A DNA stretch of 64,000 nucleotides from Blastocystis sp. Blastoise (Eukaryota > Protista > Bigyra: Opalinata): NCBI GenBank assembly GCA_039096225.1, contig JBBPEB010000008.1, forward strand, positions 1-64,000, written 5' to 3'. The position numbers were made by a program, and so were the translations under genes. Numbering within the stretch: position 1 is the stretch's first letter; each line of letters begins with the position of its first letter. Below are positions 13,584-22,900 of this stretch, piece by piece. The notes below the pieces were generated by a model. That model had not been told where the DNA came from and did no database searches. It worked only from the letters and a program-made list of their open reading frames with translations.

Positions 13584-15518
13584 TCTTATTTTTCTTTTTT
13601 TAAATATTTTATTTATATATTATTATATATATATATTCTCTTTTTTAAATTTATTTTAATCCAGTTTAATTTATACTTTTCAATTTTGACCTTATATATA
13701 TATATATCTAACTTTTTATAGTTTTTTTAGACTTACTCTTCTCAACAACAGTCACAATGAGAACAAATCCATTTATACTTAAACAGCCAAGTCATCTTAA
13801 AACTGATTATATCAATCAAAATACATGTGTTAAACTTGTTTTATTGATTTAAACTCAATTTTAATAATTAAAAGTAAACAAACCAAACACACATGTTGAC
13901 TTTAAAACTTTAAACTCAGTGTTAAATGGTTAGTTTTAAAGAGTAGACACAAAACATTGATTTATACTAAAAGGAATGAAAACAATCAACTCTTGATACA
14001 ACTTTACCATTTGATAAAACACTCATCCACAATATTTTCCAAAGTTCTTTTAGTAAAGTGTTTATATAGACATATAATGTATAAAATGAAAGTCAACTTC
14101 TTGAATCTCTTATTTTAGGACAGTCTTTAAAACATTTTGACAAATAGACAACCTTTAACTTGCTATTTAAAGCTAATATTTTAAGAGTAGACTTGATTTA
14201 AACCTATATACACAACTGTCATCATCATAACACTTTTAAAGACACTTTACCATTTGCTCATACACTTTGATCAAAACATTTTCGTCCCTTCTTTTAATAT
14301 AATATAGATCATACACTCTAGTTTAATGAATAAAAGCTCTTATTTTGAATCTCGTCCTCTAAGTCACTCATTTTTACATTTTTCAAAATTTAAGACCCTT
14401 AGAGTTGATATTTTGACTCAATTTTTCTACAATGCACGAAATTCACGATTTTATATAAACTGAAGTGAAAATAAATTTTAAATAATAGTCACAACACCTC
14501 ACACATCCACTCTCTAAAAATTATTTTCTTTGTACTTTTGATATGTTGTAGAGCTACTACAGCTGTATACTAATTAATATCTCTAAATTTTTTATTCACA
14601 GTTTAAGACTATGTTTTACACATTCTTTTAAATTTGACAACCTTAAACTATTTATTTAAAGCTATTATTCATAGAATAGACTTGATATAAGATTCTATAC
14701 ACATATATAAACCATTTTACTTTTTAAGACACATTTTGTCATTTGGTCATACACTTTGACCTTCATAATTTTGACTTTCCTTTTAACATAGAATAGAGTA
14801 TTATCTCTAGTTTACTAAATAAAAGTCATTATATTGAATCTCTCACTCTAAGACCACTTAATTCACACTTTTCAAAATTGTGACACTAAAACTCATTATT
14901 TTAAGACTTTGTTTTAGATATAGTAGTTTGATGACCTATTGATTACAATACTACAATATTAGTTGATTATAAGAAGATCAAAGAAAATATCGATCACTCA
15001 AAAATCGTCCTCAGGAGCTCAAAATTGGTACACCTAGGTTTTTCGACCTCCTGAATCAGAATATCATGTCAAAATAAGAATCTAAATTTGACCGTTAAGG
15101 CCTCACGTGTTCAATATGAAAAAGTATTAAAAAGTAGATAAATATAAAGAATAAACACGGATAACGTATATTGTGGGATTGAGAAAAAATCAAGTTTACC
15201 CCATGTTTATTTTCCAATTGTCTGGTCAACAATTTTTATCGGGATGATCCCAAAGAGCCAATCAAAAACGACTCAAAAATCATGTTTTCTGTTTTTTTAT
15301 TAATAACTTTTTAATTATTAATAATATCGCTTAACCAAATATACGGTGCACAACTACACGTTATATCGTATTGAACTGTGTTTCAGCCAAAAGTTAACTC
15401 CCCGTAAGTTTAGAGGAGTTGCGGCGACAAACTATAGTATACATTAGCCAATCAAATGGTTTTTCCAAAAACTGACCAATGGGAATTTTTTTGCCTATTC
15501 TCATATATATAGTAATGA

Positions 15519-16299
15519 TATTCCTATTCCTCCTCAATGTATTGTGAATGATGATTTATGTGTTACTGTATTTGGACATCGAATCAATACTTCTCTTGAT
15601 TCTGATATCAAACGATTAGCTTCTTCTGTTATATTAGCTTCTACTAATGATTGTGTTGGTACTTTAAATGATTTCATTGTTGATAATCTTCTTTCTGGAA
15701 CTACTACTCCTTATATCTCTTCTGATTCTATTCTTGATTCTGAAACAGATGATCCAGAATCAAATTATCCTATCGAGTTTATCAATTCTCAAACACCTTC
15801 TGGAATGCCTCCTCATATATTAAATTTAAAAATAGGTTGTATCATTATGCTTTTAAGAAATCTTAATCCTTCTAAAGGATTATGTAATGGTACTAGACTT
15901 ATAGTAACTCGATTAGGATCAAATAATATTACTGCTACTATTTTAAATCCTCCTCCTTCTCTTACTATTGATGAACAAACTGTTATTATTCCAAGAATCA
16001 TCTGTAATTCAAATCCTGAAGATCTTCCTATTATTATATCCAGAAGACAATTTCCTATTCGTTTAGCCTTTGCCATGACTATCAACAAATCTCAAGGACA
16101 AACATTTGAAAGAGTTGGTGTTTACTTAGATCGTCCTGTCTTCTCTCATGGTCAACTCTATGTTGCTTTCAGTCGTGCTCGATCTTTCAACGCTCTTTTT
16201 ATTAAGGTAGTTGATAGTGTCTCTCAAGGTAAGATGATTAGTAGTAGTAATGAAATATTTACTAAGAACGTGGTCTTCAGGTCTACTCTAAATAATTAA
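15519..16299 (+). pseudogene. Helitron RepHel C-terminal fragment (Pif1 motifs V-VI)
   Basis: Resumes exactly at the insertion point (tattcctattcc). GLCNGTRL, RRQFPIRLAFAMTINKSQGQT, HGQLYVAFSR. Confidence 0.95.
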
Positions 16300-17099
16300 A
16301 TGCTTTATTTTTTCTTTTTTCTTCTTTTGTTATATTTGTTTGTTTTTGTTTTATGTTTGTTAATTATTTTTTCTTTTTAATCTATTACTTCTTCACTTTT
16401 TATTTGTTTTTTAAATGTTTATAATAAACAAGGTTGTTTTGTTCAATAAAGTTAAAGAAATAATTTTAAAACCCAACTGCACAACGCAGCCGCGGCGCGT
16501 CGCCGTTAGGCGGTGCGCCAGCGGCGTTACCCTAGTATCATTACTATATATATGAGAATAGGCAAAAAAATTCCCATTGGTCAGTTTTTGGAAAAACCAT
16601 TTGATTGGCTAATGTATACTATAGTTTGTCGCCGCAACTCCTCTAAACTTACGGGGAGTTAACTTTTGGCTGAAACACAGTTCAATACGATATAACGTGT
16701 AGTTGTGCACCGTATATTTGGTTAAGCGATATTATTAATAATTAAAAAGTTATTAATAAAAAAACAGAAAACATGATTTTTGAGTCGTTTTTGATTGGCT
16801 CTTTGGGATCATCCCGATAAAAATTGTTGACCAGACAATTGGAAAATAAACATGGGGTAAACTTGATTTTTTCTCAATCCCACAATATACGTTATCCGTG
16901 TTTATTCTTTATATTTATCTACTTTTTAATACTTTTTCATATTGAACACGTGAGGCCTTAACGGTCAAATTTAGATTCTTATTTTGACATGATATTCTGA
17001 TTCAGGAGGTCGAAAAACCTAGGTGTACCAATTTTGAGCTCCTGAGGACGATTTTTGAGTGATCGATATTTTCTTTGATCTTCTTATAATCAACTAATA

Positions 17100-18300
17100 T
17101 TGTAGTATTGTAATCAATAGGTCATCAAACTACTATATCTAAAACAAAGTCTTAAAATAATGAGTTTTAGTGTCACAATTTTGAAAAGTGTGAATTAAGT
17201 GGTCTTAGAGTGAGAGATTCAATATAATGACTTTTATTTAGTAAACTAGAGATAATACTCTATTCTATGTTAAAAGGAAAGTCAAAATTATGAAGGTCAA
17301 AGTGTATGACCAAATGACAAAATGTGTCTTAAAAAGTAAAATGGTTTATATATGTGTATAGAATCTTATATCAAGTCTATTCTATGAATAATAGCTTTAA
17401 ATAAATAGTTTAAGGTTGTCAAATTTAAAAGAATGTGTAAAACATAGTCTTAAACTGTGAATAAAAAATTTAGAGATATTAATTAGTATACAGCTGTAGT
17501 AGCTCTACAACATATCAAAAGTACAAAGAAAATAATTTTTAGAGAGTGGATGTGTGAGGTGTTGTGACTATTATTTAAAATTTATTTTCACTTCAGTTTA
17601 TATAAAATCGTGAATTTCGTGCATTGTAGAAAAATTGAGTCAAAATATCAACTCTAAGGGTCTTAAATTTTGAAAAATGTAAAAATGAGTGACTTAGAGG
17701 ACGAGATTCAAAATAAGAGCTTTTATTCATTAAACTAGAGTGTATGATCTATATTATATTAAAAGAAGGGACGAAAATGTTTTGATCAAAGTGTATGAGC
17801 AAATGGTAAAGTGTCTTTAAAAGTGTTATGATGATGACAGTTGTGTATATAGGTTTAAATCAAGTCTACTCTTAAAATATTAGCTTTAAATAGCAAGTTA
17901 AAGGTTGTCTATTTGTCAAAATGTTTTAAAGACTGTCCTAAAATAAGAGATTCAAGAAGTTGACTTTCATTTTATACATTATATGTCTATATAAACACTT
18001 TACTAAAAGAACTTTGGAAAATATTGTGGATGAGTGTTTTATCAAATGGTAAAGTTGTATCAAGAGTTGATTGTTTTCATTCCTTTTAGTATAAATCAAT
18101 GTTTTGTGTCTACTCTTTAAAACTAACCATTTAACACTGAGTTTAAAGTTTTAAAGTCAACATGTGTGTTTGGTTTGTTTACTTTTAATTATTAAAATTG
18201 AGTTTAAATCAATAAAACAAGTTTAACACATGTATTTTGATTGATATAATCAGTTTTAAGATGACTTGGCTGTTTAAGTATAAATGGATTTGTTCTCATT
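17100..18300. repeat. Degenerate ~245-bp tandem array in the Helitron 5' region (also about 2300-3100, 6400-7560, 9500-10670, 13750-14920)
   Basis: Motifs such as ctttaccattt(g)g..cacttt and ttgaatct recur at ~244 and ~489 bp spacing (e.g. about 6648, 6891, 7380). Confidence 0.6.
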
Positions 18301-18472
18301 GTGACTGTTGTTGAGAAGAGTAAGTCTAAAAAAACTATAAAAAGTTAGATATATATATATATAAGGTCAAAATTGAAAAGTATAAATTAAACTGGATTAA
18401 AATAAATTTAAAAAAGAGAATATATATATATAATAATATATAAATAAAATATTTAAAAAAAGAAAAATAAGA

Positions 18473-18539
18473 CTTCATGTCAGGAATTGAACCTGAAAAC
18501 AATCTATAATGATTGCTTCTCTCCTTCCAGAGCATAAAG
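18473..18539 (-). ncRNA. tRNA-like cloverleaf in the intact Helitron, antisense to RepHel
   Basis: Reverse complement of 13517-13583. Confidence 0.7.
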
Positions 18540-18565
18540 GGAGTTTAAAGAGTAATAATAATAAT

Positions 18566-18599
<34 letters not shown>

Positions 18600-18603
<4 letters not shown>

Positions 18604-18940
18604 GGAATGAAGGAAGTAGGAAGAATGTGGAAGTAGGAAGTAGGAAGAAAGAAGAAGGAAGGATGAAGGATGAAGGAAGAAGGAAGAAGTAGGAAGAAGG
18701 ATGAAGGAAGAAGAAGGAAGAAGGAAGAAGTAGGATGAAGAAAGAAGGATGAGGAAGTAGGAAGAAGAAGGAAGAAGAAGGAAGAAGGAAGAATGACGGA
18801 TGAGGAAGTAGGAAGTAGGAAGGAAGAATGAAGAATGAAGAATGAAGAATGAAGAATGAGGAAGAAGGTAGTAGGAAGGATAAGGAAGAAGTAAAATGAA
18901 GTAGAAAGAAGGAAGAAAGAAGAAAAAGGAACAAGAAGAC
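18600..18940. repeat. Polypurine/polypyrimidine (GAAG/CTTC)-rich tract followed by (AAAT)n tract to about 19300; copies at about 5690-6110, 8865-9200, 13115-13450
   Basis: Directly visible low-complexity repeats; they explain the spurious F/L/S/I/Y-rich ORFs. Confidence 0.9.
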
Positions 18941-18987
18941 TATTAAACCTATATACAATAGAAAAAATATAAAAAGATAACATAAAA

Positions 18988-19018
<31 letters not shown>

Positions 19019-19222
19019 AATAAATAAATAAATATAATAAATATAATAAATATAATAAATATAATAAATAAATAAAAAACATAAATAAATAAATAAATAA
19101 ATAAATATAATAAATAAATAAATATAATAAATAAATAAATAAATATAATAAATAAATATATATAAATATAATAAATATAATAAATAAATAAATAAATATA
19201 ATAAATAAATAAATAAATATAA

Positions 19223-19253
<31 letters not shown>

Positions 19254-19769
19254 AAAACATAAATAATAAATAATAAAAATGAAAACAATAAATAAAATAT
19301 AAATATATACCTAATAGAATAATCTGAAACCACAGACTAAGAAGAACGACATGAAAAAACGAAGACCACAACACATCAACAACATTTTCTTTCCTATAGA
19401 ATAAAAATAATTAAAAACAATTTAATAGATGATATAAAAAGACAAAATAAATAATATAGATAATAAAATTAAATAATAACAAAAAGTAATTAGTAAAAAA
19501 TAAACAGATGTTAAGAAATAAATAATATATTTATATACCTGATAATAAGTAACCCATTTCACACAACCAGGACCACTTTAAGAACCACTCACCACCACAA
19601 CCAAGACAAATACAAGAGAATCCTATAAAAAAGTGTATTATTATAAATAAATAAATTAATATATACAAATAAATATAAAAATAATAACTAAATAACATCA
19701 AATTAATTAATAAAACATACCCAGACAATCAATACAAACAAATATTTAAAAAATGTAAAAAACTATAGT

Positions 19770-19785
19770 TTTTGGGTACCCAAAA
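19770..19785. promoter_or_regulatory. Perfect 16-bp palindrome TTTTGGGTACCCAAAA between divergent Helitron transcription units (also 12271-12286, 4974-4989)
   Basis: Seen directly and unchanged in the diverged copy. Regulatory role is inferred from position. Confidence 0.45.
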
Positions 19786-19978
19786 TGTTTTTAATAAAAA
19801 ATGTCCCTATTATCAGCTTAGCATAAGATAATAATAAAAATTCGAGGTTATTTATGATTCCTATTAATTTTTAAATATGCATATTTTAAATATTGTCCCT
19901 ATTTTACAAAAGTTCAAATATGAATATGTTTTTGTTTTCTACATAAAAATACTTATTTTTATTAAATTATTAAATAAG

Positions 19979-22900
19979 ATGCCTAGAAAAGGCAGAATGT
20001 CATCAAGGCGGAGGTCCTTGAATCAAAAAAAATACGTTTCTCAAAGACGGTCCAGTATGTATTGTATTTATTTTTTTTTATTATTCATATATAGGTTCTT
20101 CTACTCAACAGGATGCAAGTATGGATGTCATTGATGGTGATGGTGCTTATCAATATGGTCTTGAAGGTATATATTTATACATTTCTTTTTGTTTTATTAT
20201 TTTATATTATCTTAGACTCTTCTCTGTCCTTGGTGTCCTTTACTGATGATGGTATAATGTTTTCAAGTGGTCTTGAAGGTATGTTGTCAATCATTTGTTT
20301 TTATTTTTATATTTTTATTTATCTATAGGTTCTTCTGTTGTTGTGGACTCTGTTGCTGGAGCTATTGATGATGATATACACTCCACTAATGGTCTTGAAG
20401 GTATGTTGTCAATCATTTATTTTATTTTTTTTTTATTTTTATTTATCTATAGGTTCTTATACTCATGATGATGTTGTTGCTGATGCTACTGATGGTGATG
20501 CTAACTCTTCTCATGGTCTTCAAGGTATGTAATCATTTATTTATTTATTTATTTTTAATTATTTCTTTTATTTCCTATTTATATGTTATTATAGGTTCTT
20601 CTGTTGCTATGAATGTTGGTGCTGATCTTAATCATAAAGAAGGTATATATAATATATTTTCTTTTTCTTCTTTTTGATTTACTTTTATTTTATAAATATA
20701 TATAGGTCCTTCTGTTCTGATAGTGTCTTCTGTTCATGGTACTGTATCTGATGGTGATCATCCTTCTAATGCTAAAGGTATATAGATATATCATATATAT
20801 ATATTTTTTATTATTCTTTTAATTCTTTCTTATTTGTTTTTATATAGGTCCTTCAACTCAGTTAGTACATGGTCATTCTTCTATTCCTTCTTCAGAAGGT
20901 ATATATATATATATATATATATATGTATCTATGTTTATTCTATTTTATGATTCTATATAGGTGTGTCTTTTAATTTGGGATCGTGTGACTCTGTTGTTGG
21001 TCTTGATATAGTTACTACTAATATATATAAAGGTATATATATATATATATAATATTATTTATTTATTTATACTTATACTATTGTATATATATATATAGGT
21101 GATGGTGTTAATAATTCTTCAGTCGTTGATGGTGTCAACAATTCTTCAATTATTCAATGTATATTTATACTTATATTATATTCTATACTTATATAGGTTC
21201 AAATAAAGTTGTGGGTAAGTATTATTTATTATTTTAGTTTCTTTTTCTTTTGTTTTATTATTTTTTTTCTTTCACAGATAATAGCTTTCTGTTGTCTGCT
21301 TTCTTTTTATTATCTATTTATATATTTATTTACTAAGCTTAGCTTTAGCTACTTAGTATTTAAATATTTAATAGAATCCTTTCTTTTTTCATTTTTGTTT
21401 TGTTATTTTTTTTTTTATTTTAATTTTACTTTAATCGTATCGATTAACGGGAAGGTGTCGGATATTAAGATAATTTTTGAATTACTTAATATTAAATAGT
21501 GTTGAGTATTTTAATATTTGTATTTAATTTAATTAATACAACTATTGATTACCTATATGACTCATACTATTGCTGACTATTGTTCGCTTCTAACTCTATA
21601 TAGTCTAACCGATGTAATACTATCAATGATGAGATATCTAAGTGTTAAGATTCTTCACTTACTCACATTGTATATGATATTAACTGGTAGTTAGCTATAT
21701 GTTTATAGAATGTTGTAACAAAGCACAATAGCTATAGATGTCCTCTATGAGGTTGAATCATATAGATTGTTTAATAAATTATACAATATTAATTACCTAT
21801 ACTTATTTAATATTAGTTTTCATTAATTATAATATTATCTTTCATTACATTATAGTATTGAAGATAATTATTAATTAATAAAGTTTTTACTTTATATTAT
21901 TTAATATATCATACTATATGTATGTATTATTATATTAATAAAGGTTATATACTTTATATTAATAAATATATCATAGTATATCTATGTATTATTATATTAA
22001 TAAAGGTTATATACTTTATATTAATAAATATATCATAGTATATCTATGTATTATTATATTAATAAATGTTATACTTTATATTAATTAATATATCATAGTA
22101 TATTCTATGTATTATTATATTAATAAAGGTTATATACTTTATATTAATATATATAATATCATACTATACTTATGTATTATATTATATTAATAAAGGTTAT
22201 ACTTTATATTAATAAATATATCATAGTATATCTATGTATTATATTATATTAATAAGAGTTATATACTTTATATTAATAAATATATCATACTATATCTATG
22301 ACTTATATTATATTAATAAAGGTTATACTTTATATTAATTAATATATCATACTATACTTATGTATCATATTATATTGATGAAGGTTATACTTTATATTAA
22401 TTAATATATCATACTATACTTATGTATGTATTATTATATTAATAAATGTTATACTTTATATTAATATATATATTATCATACTATATCTATGTATTATATT
22501 ATATTAATAAAGGTTATACTTTATATTAATTAATAAATACTTCAACAACTATAACAATGAAAGTTAATTTATATACTACACAACTAAACTTTATTCTAAA
22601 CTTAAACATAATATATTTAATATCTAATAATTAATATATATAGGTTCCAATAAGGATAAAATAAATAATAATGATTTATCTAAATCATTTGGTTTTAACT
22701 CAAAACCTTTAGCTTTGTTTTCGACTTTTAATTTTCAAAATAATATTCCTTTACAAAACATTCAAAACAATAATTCAAATAACAATATTGATATTGATAT
22801 CGATAATCGTTATTCACAAATAAATAATAATAATTCTATATTAAATAATGGTTCAAACCTATTCAATCAAATGAATCCAGTTAATCAATCAATTAATAAC

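Larger units (their letters stand above)
1761..15518 (-). mobile_element. Composite non-autonomous Helitron (13,758 bp) with three stacked 5' termini and one 3' terminus
   Basis: On the minus strand it starts TCATTACT (15518) and ends hairpin + CTAG (1761-1764). It sits between A and T of the RepHel CDS with no TSD (intact site gatta|tattcc at 27595/27596). Further 5' termini at 11266 and 8163. Confidence 0.93.
11267..15518 (-). mobile_element. Captured Helitron 5' segment (4,252 bp), equivalent to 16538-20788
   Basis: Near-identical reverse complement of 16538-20788 (same spurious ORFs in the track). Ends at the A|T site 20788/20789. Confidence 0.92.
1..16535 (+). mobile_element. Autonomous Helitron copy 1 (5' part outside window), interrupted by nested insertion 1761-15518
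   Basis: 1-1760 matches 25836-27595 and 15519-16535 matches 27596-28612 of the intact copy. Ends in a GC hairpin + CTAG (16532-16535) followed by T. Confidence 0.95.
18473..19730 (-). ncRNA. Predicted spliced antisense transcript of the Helitron (exons 19622-19539, 19393-19311, 18948 onward)
   Basis: G-richer blocks bounded by tatag| acceptors and |gtat donors. The same splice sites and the same 84/83-nt exon lengths occur in the diverged copy (5139-5222, 5370-5452, 5672-). No conserved long ORF. Confidence 0.5.

Noticed and set aside
15813-16088. 91-aa minus-strand ORF (also 27890-28165) and other short antisense ORFs in large CDSs
   Set aside because: Shadow ORFs of real coding strands with no recognisable motifs.
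5553-19374. Many 140-260 aa F/L/I/Y/S-rich ORFs
   Set aside because: They are stop-free translations of (TTTA)n and (CTTC)n tracts, open in several frames at once.
21870-22535. CRISPR-like array
   Set aside because: No unique spacers; contiguous tandem units in a eukaryotic transposon.
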